From: a virus
Taxonomy: Duplodnaviria; Heunggongvirae; Uroviricota; Caudoviricetes
Strand: one strand, 5' to 3'
IMG/VR virus record: IMGVR_UViG_3300008110_000029
Length of the DNA: 26,073 nt
This document shows, in pieces, positions 14,599-22,995 of this stretch; positions within the stretch are counted from its first letter, which is position 1; each line of letters opens with the position of its first letter. The notes beneath the pieces are model-generated. The model made no database searches. It saw nothing but the letters and a program-made list of their open reading frames with translations, and had not been told where the DNA came from. A program made the translations under genes and the position numbers.

Positions 14599-14616
14599 CT
14601 GTATAATGTTTTTCAT

Positions 14617-14690
14617 GCGGGATTAGTTTAATGGTAAAACGAAAGCCTTCCAAGCTCTAGTCATCGGTTCGATTCCGATATTCCGCTCCA
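14617..14690 (+). tRNA. tRNA-Gly(TCC)
   Basis: Loop CTTCCAA, U73, CCA. Confidence 0.93.
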
Positions 14691-14695
14691 AGTTT

Positions 14696-14770
14696 CTGGC
14701 TGTAGTTCAATGGATAGAACAAGGGTCTTCTAAACCCTAAATCTAGGTTCGATTCCTAGCAGCCGGGCCA
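14696..14770 (+). tRNA. tRNA-Arg(TCT)
   Basis: Loop CTTCTAA, TTCGATT, CCA. Confidence 0.93.
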
Positions 14771-14777
14771 TTTACTA

Positions 14778-14853
14778 GCTGATGTGGCACAGTAGGTAGC
14801 GCACATTCTTGGTAAGAATGAGGTCAGCGGTTCGATCCCGCTCATCAGCACCA
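14778..14853 (+). tRNA. tRNA-Thr(GGT)
   Basis: Loop TTGGTAA, TTCGATC, CCA. Confidence 0.93.
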
Positions 14854-14866
14854 AATAAATAACAGT

Positions 14867-15109
14867 ATGAAAGAGCTACTGGAAAAGCTGCCGCAGATAT
14901 TAGGAATGATGCCGCAAATCATTTCCTTTTTAAAATATATTCCTATCCTCATGCTATTAGCAGGTTTAGGTTACGGCGTTTATTATTTTGTTCAGAATAA
15001 AAAAGATCCTTACAAGTGTGTAAACAATCATGTATTTGAACAGTTGCGTATGGATTCAGATGTTTATGTATTTAAAGGCGGCACTTGTATAGATGCCAAC
15101 GATTTATAA
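14867..15109 (+). CDS. Small predicted membrane protein, 80 aa
   Basis: Hydrophobic IPILMLLAGLGYGVYYFV; C-terminal Cys pair; ATAAATA just upstream. Confidence 0.65.
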   Translation: MKELLEKLPQILGMMPQIISFLKYIPILMLLAGLGYGVYYFVQNKKDPYKCVNNHVFEQLRMDSDVYVFKGGTCIDANDL

Positions 15110-15883
15110 TTATTCACAAGTAGCCCAAACGGTATTAGTCCACTTTTTATAAAGATATGAACCTTTAGGAACCCAACAATTTCCAAGTTCTGGGTCACGC
15201 TCGATTCTTCCTTGTATGATTACCAAGAACATATAAGAAACTAAAAATATACAGGTTAAGATAGATATACCAATAACTGCTTGATGTGTCATTTTATCTT
15301 TCCTGGCTTTTTTTCTGCGCTGCTCTATTTCGTATCTGCGCATTTGATTGGTAATAGCAACTCTTTGTTCCTTTCCAACCGTTTGCATCATTTCTTCAAC
15401 ATCACTCCACAATGCACCTAATTCTGGAGGAGACTGATACACCATGATTTCTCGAAGTTCAGAAGACATGTGTTCCAATTGTTTTTTCATTAGAACACGT
15501 TGTAGAGCACGTTTACCAAGACTATCTTCGCCAGTATAAACTTCTGTTTTGTTACGGCGTTCTTCTTCTTCAAATATTGCTAGACATTTGTAATAGTTGT
15601 CAAAATAGGCCCCTAGATGTTGACCAATTTCTTGATAGATATTAGTCGTTTCTCCACCTTTTTTGTTTAATTCAACTACTCGATTACGCTCGGTTACATA
15701 TTGATTTCTTTCTGCAACTGTAGGCGTACGATCTTTGTATCTGTTATGGAATTGGTCATCCAGATCCTTGAGCACGTCTTTAACGTCGCCCGCGGCACCC
15801 TTTATATCTTTATAGAGTTTACACCCTTCTTTTACTAGCTTAACTGCTCCGTTAGCTAGTGCAAATAGCGTTACTGGATCCAT
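15110..15883 (-). CDS. Hypothetical coiled-coil protein with C-terminal TM helix, 257 aa
   Basis: AGGAG RBS on the minus strand; hydrophobic AVIGISILTCIFLVSYMFLVII. Confidence 0.8.
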   Translation of the reverse strand: MDPVTLFALANGAVKLVKEGCKLYKDIKGAAGDVKDVLKDLDDQFHNRYKDRTPTVAERNQYVTERNRVVELNKKGGETTNIYQEIGQHLGAYFDNYYKCLAIFEEEERRNKTEVYTGEDSLGKRALQRVLMKKQLEHMSSELREIMVYQSPPELGALWSDVEEMMQTVGKEQRVAITNQMRRYEIEQRRKKARKDKMTHQAVIGISILTCIFLVSYMFLVIIQGRIERDPELGNCWVPKGSYLYKKWTNTVWATCE

Positions 15884-15920
15884 TCATTAGTTCGCTCCTA
15901 ATGGTTCAATGCTATTTATT

Positions 15921-16002
15921 GCCCCTGTGGCCAAATTGGTAAAGGCAGCTCTCTCAAAAGGAGTGTTAGATGTTCCCGGTTCGAGTCCGGGCAGGGGTAC
16001 CA
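15921..16002 (+). tRNA. tRNA-Leu(CAA)
   Basis: Loop CTCAAAA, 10-nt variable region, A73, CCA. Confidence 0.9.
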
Positions 16003-16009
16003 ATTTTCC

Positions 16010-16038
16010 TTGCATTTTAAGTGGGTTTATAATATAAT
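16010..16038 (+). promoter_or_regulatory. sigma70 promoter
   Basis: TTGCAT, 17 bp, TATAAT. Confidence 0.7.
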
Positions 16039-16054
16039 ATATAAAGGATAAATT

Positions 16055-16621
16055 ATGACACCGTGGATTCAAAATGTATCGCTAGCCGATGTTCGTAACG
16101 GATTTCATATAGATGCGGGCGTAAATTCTATGTTGATTCAAATTGTGGATCCGGATATGGAATTCCCCCAGCCAAAATATCAATTTCGCGAGAAACATCA
16201 ATTTAAGTTTTTAGATGTTGAAGAAAAAGATCAAGTATTAGACGAGTCTATGCGTTGCAGCCAGAAACAGGCCAGCGAACTGGTCGGACTCTTACAACAT
16301 GCTCTTGAAAATAAGATGAATGTTGTAGTGCATTGCCATGCAGGTGTTTGTCGTTCTGGTGCAGTAGCAGAAGTTGGTGTTATGTTGGGCTTCCGTGATG
16401 CAGAAGCATTTCGTAGTCCAAACTTGCTAGTCAAGCACCGTATGATGAAATGTTTAGGTTGGACCTATGATGAAAATGAACCCCATACTATCAATGGTGT
16501 GACTTTATCTAGCGGAATTATAATTCCCACCAAAACAGTAGATTGGACTAACGATAATGAAAAAGTCTTTATGTTAGCGGCAGAACGTCGTGAACGTAGA
16601 GAGCGTGAAGGAGATATTTGA
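16055..16621 (+). CDS. Cys-based (PTP/dual-specificity-like) phosphatase
   Basis: P-loop VHCHAGVCRSGA (HCxxGxxR). Confidence 0.82.
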   Translation: MTPWIQNVSLADVRNGFHIDAGVNSMLIQIVDPDMEFPQPKYQFREKHQFKFLDVEEKDQVLDESMRCSQKQASELVGLLQHALENKMNVVVHCHAGVCRSGAVAEVGVMLGFRDAEAFRSPNLLVKHRMMKCLGWTYDENEPHTINGVTLSSGIIIPTKTVDWTNDNEKVFMLAAERRERREREGDI

Positions 16622-16812
16622 TGTATCTACATAAAGAAGATTTAAAACTAATCAGTGAAATTTTAGCAGAGTTTCCAGAGGTGGAAACTTTTAAATTAGA
16701 AAGTGATAGTTCCAGTGGCATTGGATCTATTCTAAAGTTAATTGTAACAACAAAGGTTATGGGCAGAGATGCTGATATCACTTTTGACATTTCTGGCGTA
16801 GAAAATTGGTAA
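16621..16812 (+). CDS. Hypothetical protein, 63 aa
   Basis: ATG overlaps the upstream TGA. Confidence 0.7.
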   Translation: MYLHKEDLKLISEILAEFPEVETFKLESDSSSGIGSILKLIVTTKVMGRDADITFDISGVENW

Positions 16813-16827
16813 AAAAAGGAGGGCACT

Positions 16828-17433
16828 ATGCCTAGCGTATTTTTAGTTAGCGACACGCACTTTGGCCACGCTGGCGTGTGCCGATTTTTGCGTGATGATG
16901 GAACTAAGTTAAGGCCGTGGGATGATCCAGATGAAATGGATGAAGCAATGATCGAGGCTTGGAACGAAAGAGTCAAGCCTACTGACAAGGTCTATCACTT
17001 AGGTGACGTTGTTATTAATCGCAAAGCATTAAAAACTTTAAGTAGATTAAATGGCGACAAAGTATTAATTCGTGGTAATCACGACATTTTTCGTGATACA
17101 GAATATAACGAGTACTTCCGTGAGCTTCGTGCGTATCATATTATGAACGGAATGATCTTAAGTCATATTCCAGTCCACGAAGCAAGTTTAGGTCGCTTTG
17201 GTGTTAACATCCATGGTCACTTACACTCTAACAGAGTTAAGAAAGCACGTGGTGTAGATGCTAGAACCGGTGCTGTATTATACGGAGATGAGATTGATGT
17301 TAGATATCATTGCGTATGCGTAGAACAAATCCCAGACTTTGCTCCAATCTTGTTTGAAGATGTTATCAAACGTATTGAAGCAGAAGGCGGATCGGTTGGT
17401 TTTAAAAATGGCAACGGACCAATAGTTGATTAA
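16828..17433 (+). CDS. Calcineurin-like metallophosphoesterase
   Basis: DTHFGH, HLGD, GNHD, SH and HGHLH motifs. Confidence 0.9.
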   Translation: MPSVFLVSDTHFGHAGVCRFLRDDGTKLRPWDDPDEMDEAMIEAWNERVKPTDKVYHLGDVVINRKALKTLSRLNGDKVLIRGNHDIFRDTEYNEYFRELRAYHIMNGMILSHIPVHEASLGRFGVNIHGHLHSNRVKKARGVDARTGAVLYGDEIDVRYHCVCVEQIPDFAPILFEDVIKRIEAEGGSVGFKNGNGPIVD

Positions 17434-17440
17434 CTACATT

Positions 17441-17467
17441 TAGGGCACTTTGGTGCCCTATTTTTTT
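17441..17467 (+). terminator. Intrinsic terminator
   Basis: TAGGGCAC-TTTG-GTGCCCTA plus T7. Confidence 0.85.
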
Positions 17468-17493
17468 GACTTTTATAATTAAGAATATATAAT
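17466..17493 (+). promoter_or_regulatory. sigma70-like promoter of the tRNA-like RNA
   Basis: TTGACT, 16 bp, TATAAT; predicted start close to 17500. Confidence 0.65.
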
Positions 17494-17499
17494 TTACAT

Positions 17500-17610
17500 G
17501 TGGTCGTGAGTGGAATATGGCAGACCTCCGGTCCGTTGCGAAACGCACTTGGGAATGGGGCGCCGACTTAGTCACAGCCTTTGTAGGTTCGAATCCTACC
17601 GACCACACCA
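17500..17610 (+). ncRNA. tRNA-like RNA, 111 nt, no canonical anticodon arm
   Basis: Acceptor GTGGTCG/CGACCAC plus ACCA; T arm GTAGG-TTCGAAT-CCTAC; Leu-like D loop; expanded central domain. Confidence 0.7.
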
Positions 17611-17667
17611 GATTTTTACGCTATAGACTAGGTTGCCTATAAGTAAAAGACAAATAAAGGAGACTAT

Positions 17668-17862
17668 ATGTCAAACACAGTAGAACAAATTAAATCAGCA
17701 ATGGAAGCATTTTTGGCAGAAGATGCAAAATTTACCAGCGGCAATGGTGCAGCTGGAACTCGTGCTCGTAAAGCATTAGCTGAAATGAGCAAACTAATCA
17801 AAGCTCGCCGCAATGAAATTACAGAAGAAAAGAACGCTCGTAAAGAAGCCAAGGCAGCTTAA
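17668..17862 (+). CDS. Histone H1-like (Hc1-family-like) small protein
   Basis: GNGAAGTRARKAL motif resembles the GNKAAGTRARK signature; AAGGAG RBS. Confidence 0.7.
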   Translation: MSNTVEQIKSAMEAFLAEDAKFTSGNGAAGTRARKALAEMSKLIKARRNEITEEKNARKEAKAA

Positions 17863-17863
17863 T

Positions 17864-18364
17864 ATGAACAGTAAGGATCTACCAGCTATATCATTAGATG
17901 ATATAATTTTAGATCTTGATAAAATCGACGTCGGCGGAGATACCATGCATGTTACTGGTGGCGGGGGCGTCGATTATATCACAATAGATCCCCTTCCTAT
18001 AGAATCAATTGATTTGTCCGGTCTTAATAATTTTTCTAGTTCAGTAACTATTCCCACAACAAATTATAGTCCATATAACTGGACAACTACATCGTCTGGT
18101 ACTTATACAGTGTCTAATACCTGGACTAGTAGTCCATCGACAGTAACTATAGGAACCAATGGAATCGATATGGCTCCAGGTACTGATATTAAAGTAGATG
18201 GAAAAAGCCTAAAGGCTTTCATGGATAAAATGGAAGAACGATTGGCTATTTTGGTTCCGGATCCAAAAAAATTAGAAAAATTTGAAGCACTCAAAAAAGC
18301 ATATGAACATTACAAGACTATGGAAAGTTTATGCTTTGATGAAGAGAAAGAAGAAAATAAATGA
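17864..18364 (+). CDS. Hypothetical protein with Thr/Ser-rich low-complexity middle
   Basis: ATG 17864 directly follows the upstream stop. Confidence 0.7.
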   Translation: MNSKDLPAISLDDIILDLDKIDVGGDTMHVTGGGGVDYITIDPLPIESIDLSGLNNFSSSVTIPTTNYSPYNWTTTSSGTYTVSNTWTSSPSTVTIGTNGIDMAPGTDIKVDGKSLKAFMDKMEERLAILVPDPKKLEKFEALKKAYEHYKTMESLCFDEEKEENK

Positions 18365-19047
18365 ATGTTAAACTCGTATCCTACTCACAACCAACAGCAG
18401 AATTTGCCAACATGGGAATCGGAGATGCACAAGAACTCATTGCGTATTGCGCCCGTGTCAGCAACCCAAACAACCAATTCAATACAGAGACATCAGAGAA
18501 GCTTATTCGATATCTTGTTAAACACGCACACTGGAGTCCCTTGGAAATGGTTTCAGCCTGTGTTGAAATCACAACCACAAGAGACATTGCAAGACAAATT
18601 CTACGACACAGAAGCTTTTCCTTCCAAGAGTTTAGTCAACGATACGCTGACCCTACAAAAGATCTTAACTTCATCACTAGAGAAGCACGGTTGCAGGACA
18701 CCAGAAACAGACAAAATTCTGTTGAATTGGACATGGCAGACCCTGAGCAGAGAGAGCTTGCACGTCTATGGGAAGAAAAACAACAGGCTGTCATTAGAGC
18801 CTCTAAGGAAGCCTACACTTGGGCTGTCTCGAACGGCCTAGCCAAAGAACAAGCTCGTGCTGTACTGCCAGAAGGTAACATTGAAAGTAAACTTTACATG
18901 AATGGCACGTTACGGTCTTGGGTACATTTTATTGAATTACGATCAGCCAACGGCACACAGAAAGAACATCAATTAGTGGCTCTGGCCTGTGCTAAAGCAA
19001 TTGCTGCGATCTTCCCGATGACTGAGAGTCTAATCCAAAATGGATAA
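18361..19047 (+). CDS. thyX: FAD-dependent thymidylate synthase
   Basis: HWSPLE, RQILRHRSFSFQEFSQRY (RHRx7S), EQARAVLP, NGTLRSWVHFIELR. Confidence 0.95.
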   Translation: MNVKLVSYSQPTAEFANMGIGDAQELIAYCARVSNPNNQFNTETSEKLIRYLVKHAHWSPLEMVSACVEITTTRDIARQILRHRSFSFQEFSQRYADPTKDLNFITREARLQDTRNRQNSVELDMADPEQRELARLWEEKQQAVIRASKEAYTWAVSNGLAKEQARAVLPEGNIESKLYMNGTLRSWVHFIELRSANGTQKEHQLVALACAKAIAAIFPMTESLIQNG

Positions 19048-19423
19048 AGAAGTCACAGAGTTTTGTGAAAACTACGAGGTGCGTGTCCTAAACGATTCTA
19101 AACGCAGGGCACGATACCATCCTCCAAAGTTTTTTACAGACCCAGAACGTGCTGATATTATTCGCAACGATGTTGTTGAATATGAAACAGAGCGTGTAAT
19201 TACTATGGAAATTCCAGAAGGCAGATTACGTACTCTAATAGAATTAGAAAAGCGTTTCTTCAAATGGCAACGACACAGCAAAGGCGAAATTGATATGTTT
19301 CAAACTCTAATGGACAAAGAAAGAGAAGAAGCAAATTATCGAAATATCAATCCTGCGGTAAAAAAAGCCTATGAGCAGTATTCAATTATGCTTAACTTGG
19401 CAGGATACCAAAGAAAATTTTGA
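19040..19423 (+). CDS. Hypothetical protein, 127 aa
   Basis: Coupled to thyX. Confidence 0.8.
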   Translation: MDKEVTEFCENYEVRVLNDSKRRARYHPPKFFTDPERADIIRNDVVEYETERVITMEIPEGRLRTLIELEKRFFKWQRHSKGEIDMFQTLMDKEREEANYRNINPAVKKAYEQYSIMLNLAGYQRKF

Positions 19424-19440
19424 TTCATTTTTTTGCCATA

Positions 19441-19469
19441 TTGACAGGTTTTTAAAAAGATCATATAAT
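19441..19469 (+). promoter_or_regulatory. Consensus sigma70 promoter
   Basis: TTGACA, 17 bp, TATAAT. Confidence 0.85.
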
Positions 19470-19507
19470 TAAAGTGTTCGACTACTAAGTCTGAAAAGGA
19501 ATTATAT

Positions 19508-20323
19508 ATGAGAAATTATTGGACCTGTTCCCCATTTGCTGATTGGATCCGTGGCACCACTAAGTTAAAGTGCGGCACAGGAAAAGAATGGCGCGAATGG
19601 GAAGAGGCTGCTAAAGCCAAGTATCCAATCCGTTGGTGGATTGCTGAGGAAGGTTTAGATCGCATTCAAGATGTTTGGTGTTGGATTCCAGAAAGGATCA
19701 ATGATGTACGCTACTATATCAACAATCGCTGGGTTACTAAAGCCCACGCTCTTACTGCTCACCCAAGCGACATTCCTCGCGGCGAGTGGCGTGATGTTGG
19801 CAACCGTTTTCTTCCATGTCTTTTTAATGAGCTTGTTGACTTTGTTGAAATAGAACAGGCATGGCATCATTGCGTTTGGAGTGATGAGGATAAGAAAAAA
19901 TACGATTATCCATGGTGGCGTCGTTGGTATCGTAACTGGCGTTGCCCCGAAGCAGGCATTGCTTATCTAGAATGGGCAATGACTCTAACCAACGAAGAAT
20001 TTTTAGACGAAGATCAAAAGCATCTAGCAGAGCCTACCTATCAGGCCAAAGCTGCTAAAGAAATACTAGAACTATATACTTGGTGGAAGGAAATCTATCC
20101 AAAGCGTCCAGATGTTTATGATGCCAGCGGATGGAGTGCTTACTGTGACATGCGTCGCGAAAAAGGGTATCATCTTCTTGATATGGAAGATAAAAACAAG
20201 GAAGAAGCAGAAATGTGTAAAATTGCCCTGGCTAAGAGTCAAGAGATTGAAAAAGCCTACAATGATGAAGATGAAGCAATGATGATTCGTTTGATTAAAG
20301 TAAGAGAAAGCTTATGGACCTAA
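19508..20323 (+). CDS. Hypothetical Trp-rich protein, 271 aa
   Basis: AAGGA RBS; long ORF with no recognised motif. Confidence 0.8.
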   Translation: MRNYWTCSPFADWIRGTTKLKCGTGKEWREWEEAAKAKYPIRWWIAEEGLDRIQDVWCWIPERINDVRYYINNRWVTKAHALTAHPSDIPRGEWRDVGNRFLPCLFNELVDFVEIEQAWHHCVWSDEDKKKYDYPWWRRWYRNWRCPEAGIAYLEWAMTLTNEEFLDEDQKHLAEPTYQAKAAKEILELYTWWKEIYPKRPDVYDASGWSAYCDMRREKGYHLLDMEDKNKEEAEMCKIALAKSQEIEKAYNDEDEAMMIRLIKVRESLWT

Positions 20324-20574
20324 TGAAAACTGTTGATTCAGAACGAGAACAAAAACTAATTCAGTTGTATAAATCCTTTTTAGATTTAACGGATAAATCT
20401 TTAGGTGAAGGATATTCTGGTTTAGAAGTTGCACCTATCTTAATTAAGTTAGGTTTAGAGATATATAAAACTAGTTTGTCAGAACAAGACTTTGAAAAAA
20501 TTTGTTCTTTTATATACGACAGTAGAGATCAAATTAATAAATTTAATATCAAGGACGAAGGAATTTTACATTAA
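20314..20574 (+). CDS. Hypothetical protein, 86 aa
   Basis: Coupled ORF. Confidence 0.65.
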   Translation: MDLMKTVDSEREQKLIQLYKSFLDLTDKSLGEGYSGLEVAPILIKLGLEIYKTSLSEQDFEKICSFIYDSRDQINKFNIKDEGILH

Positions 20575-20963
20575 TGAAATTACAGACACCAGCAGAAGGT
20601 ATTCTTAAAAAGAATGATTGGGGTGATACTAAAATGTATCACGTTGTCTGTGACTGTGGTTCAGACGATCACACTCATAATCTTTGGGTAGAAGCAGAGG
20701 ATATTGGTATCAGTGTAACTATCTATGCTACTGTAAAATCGCCTTGGTGGTCTACAAATCGTTTCAAACAGATTTGGACTCTCTTAACTAAGGGCTATCT
20801 TGAACACGAAACTGTATTAACAATGAATGAACAAACTGCATTAAATTATGCAGAAACTTTAAAGTCTGCTATAGTTGATACAACAAATTTTCGCAATCAA
20901 CGATTGTCTAAAAAAGAAAACAAAAAAGTTTTAAAAGAAGCAAATGAGCAAGACTGTGTCTAA
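20574..20963 (+). CDS. Hypothetical protein with CDC..H motif, 129 aa
   Basis: Coupled ORF; CDCGSDDH possible metal site. Confidence 0.75.
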   Translation: MKLQTPAEGILKKNDWGDTKMYHVVCDCGSDDHTHNLWVEAEDIGISVTIYATVKSPWWSTNRFKQIWTLLTKGYLEHETVLTMNEQTALNYAETLKSAIVDTTNFRNQRLSKKENKKVLKEANEQDCV

Positions 20964-21498
20964 AAGTCCCGATCGTTTTTCTTTCCAAAAGGAAGGATAT
21001 GTTAAGCGTCAGGCAGAAAAGGGCGAATCAGTTAACGAAGATTATCTTGATTATTTTGAAAAAATAATCGACCATCACGATCATAAATTTGATGATCCCG
21101 CTAGCCACGTTAATAATATGGAATACGATCTAGTAACCACTGATTGGATTTTGGAAAAAGTTCGTGCCAGCGAAACTTATGCCCAAAATTTATATGCGTC
21201 AATATGTAACAACGATTTTATAAAACTAGAAGTTGTTCCAATTCTTAGACAAGATCCAGACAAAGACTATTGGTCAGCTTCATGGAGATCAGCAGGTGGA
21301 ATTATTGCAGACATGCGACAGGAAGGTGACTACATCGATTGGTACTGCTCTGGTATTGGAGATGGATTAGGTAACGGCGATGCTGATGGAATTAAAGGAT
21401 ATGTGCCAGAAGGCATGGTAACCAACGAGATCCGGAATGATCTCCAACGTCTTGGCTGGGCAGTGGTGCCTGGTGGAGATTGGGAAAAATTTGTTTAA
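20944..21498 (+). CDS. Hypothetical protein, 184 aa
   Basis: Coupled ORF; SWRSAGGIIAD..DWYCSG motif. Confidence 0.8.
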   Translation: MSKTVSKSPDRFSFQKEGYVKRQAEKGESVNEDYLDYFEKIIDHHDHKFDDPASHVNNMEYDLVTTDWILEKVRASETYAQNLYASICNNDFIKLEVVPILRQDPDKDYWSASWRSAGGIIADMRQEGDYIDWYCSGIGDGLGNGDADGIKGYVPEGMVTNEIRNDLQRLGWAVVPGGDWEKFV

Positions 21499-21523
21499 CT
21501 TAATAGGAGATTAATAATATATC

Positions 21524-21721
21524 ATGACCTGGGAATTCTACGAGGTCTGGGCCGAAGATGATGACGGTCACGAAGAATTGGTTGAAACTACCAAAAGCAG
21601 AACTGAAGCACTTACTCTTGCCAAAAAAGCATTAGAAGAAGGTGAATATGCTTCTACCGTAATATATCAAGAAAATCCAGATGGTGATTTAATTACCATA
21701 GAGCGATTTTATGCAGATTGA
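21524..21721 (+). CDS. Hypothetical acidic protein, 65 aa
   Basis: AGGAG RBS. Confidence 0.7.
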   Translation: MTWEFYEVWAEDDDGHEELVETTKSRTEALTLAKKALEEGEYASTVIYQENPDGDLITIERFYAD

Positions 21722-21746
21722 CAAATCCAAAAAATGGTGCTATACT
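21718..21746 (+). promoter_or_regulatory. sigma70 promoter with extended -10
   Basis: TTGACA, 17 bp, TGc-TATACT. Confidence 0.8.
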
Positions 21747-21779
21747 GTATTTGTTTTATAACACACACAGGAGATAATT

Positions 21780-22946
21780 GTGGCAACAACTAAAAGTAAA
21801 TCCGTAGCTATTCGTGAAAATTCAAAACGTGATGTTAGTCCAAAATGGGATGGTCACGAAAGTTGGTCTGCTGAACAATTCAACAGACAGTTTCGTATCT
21901 CTATGGAATACTATCGCTTAGAGCATTCTGGCAGGGAATTAAAACCAAAAATTATCAACTGGATGAGTCAAGCAGGATATAGCAAAGATCAGATTGCACA
22001 ATTTAAAAAGACCCGCGATAATCGTTGTAATGTCACTATGGGTGCTATTGCAGCCAACCTATTAAAAGGAATGCCGCCGGTTCGTGCAGACTTTAACGAG
22101 GGGCGCAACACTGCACAATGGTTAGGTGAAGCAATTCAAAAGATTGTTATTGAAGGTAAAAATGACGTTGAGGATGAAGAAATTGACGAAGCAAAACCTG
22201 TAATTCCTCAAATTACAATCCAAGAACGTGTTCGAGAAGCTAGTTTTAAAATGACTGAAGAGATTGAAGATGCTCTAGAAAACTTTTCTCAAGATCCAGA
22301 ATCTTTTGATCCAAAAGCATTTAAGGTCATGAATTTGTTGCGAGGCAAAGACGCTAAAGCTGCACACGCTCGTATTATTAAAGATTTTTATCAACGTCAG
22401 TATGACGAATATCTTGACTTACAAGAAGGTAAAGACGAACAACTTAAAGAAGGTTACAGTCATTTGACTAAAGCACAGGTCAAAAAAATTGTAGCATTTT
22501 ACCATGAAATTCTCAGTGCTTGCGATATGTTGGCACAAGAAGCCAAAATTAATCGTAAACCACGTAAAGCCAAAGTTGTTCCCAAGGATAAAATTGTTGC
22601 TAAACTTAAATTTAAAAAGACTGATGAGCCTTTGAAACTTGTAAGTATTAATCCTGCTGACATTATTGGTAGCAAGGAATTGTGGATTTTTAACACTAAA
22701 ACACGTAAACTTGGCAAGTATGTTGCTAACGAATACATGGAGTTAAGTGTCAAAGGAACGTCAATTACAGGGTTTAACGAAAACACCAGCATTCAAAAAA
22801 CTATTCGCAAACCTGAAGAAAAACTCAAAGAGTTTAAGGCTGCTGGTAAAGTAGCATTGCGCAAGTTTTTAGATGATATTAATGCTACAGACACTAAAAT
22901 GAACGGACGCATTAATGAAGATGTGATTCTACTAAAAGTAGCATAA
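21780..22946 (+). CDS. Hypothetical protein, 388 aa
   Basis: AGGAG RBS, GTG start; Lys-rich C-terminal domain. Confidence 0.85.
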   Translation: MATTKSKSVAIRENSKRDVSPKWDGHESWSAEQFNRQFRISMEYYRLEHSGRELKPKIINWMSQAGYSKDQIAQFKKTRDNRCNVTMGAIAANLLKGMPPVRADFNEGRNTAQWLGEAIQKIVIEGKNDVEDEEIDEAKPVIPQITIQERVREASFKMTEEIEDALENFSQDPESFDPKAFKVMNLLRGKDAKAAHARIIKDFYQRQYDEYLDLQEGKDEQLKEGYSHLTKAQVKKIVAFYHEILSACDMLAQEAKINRKPRKAKVVPKDKIVAKLKFKKTDEPLKLVSINPADIIGSKELWIFNTKTRKLGKYVANEYMELSVKGTSITGFNENTSIQKTIRKPEEKLKEFKAAGKVALRKFLDDINATDTKMNGRINEDVILLKVA

Positions 22947-22965
22947 TCAATGTAAATATAGGCGG

Positions 22966-22972
22966 ATAAATA
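22966..22972 (+). promoter_or_regulatory. Putative late promoter motif ATAAATA
   Basis: Resembles T4 late TATAAATA; precedes the AAGGAG and ATG of the structural gene. Confidence 0.5.
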
Positions 22973-22995
22973 CTCCAAATAAGGAGTGTTTATCC

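Noticed and set aside
18361-19047. thyX as a novelty
   Set aside because: Routine in large phages; intact with no intron or intein visible.
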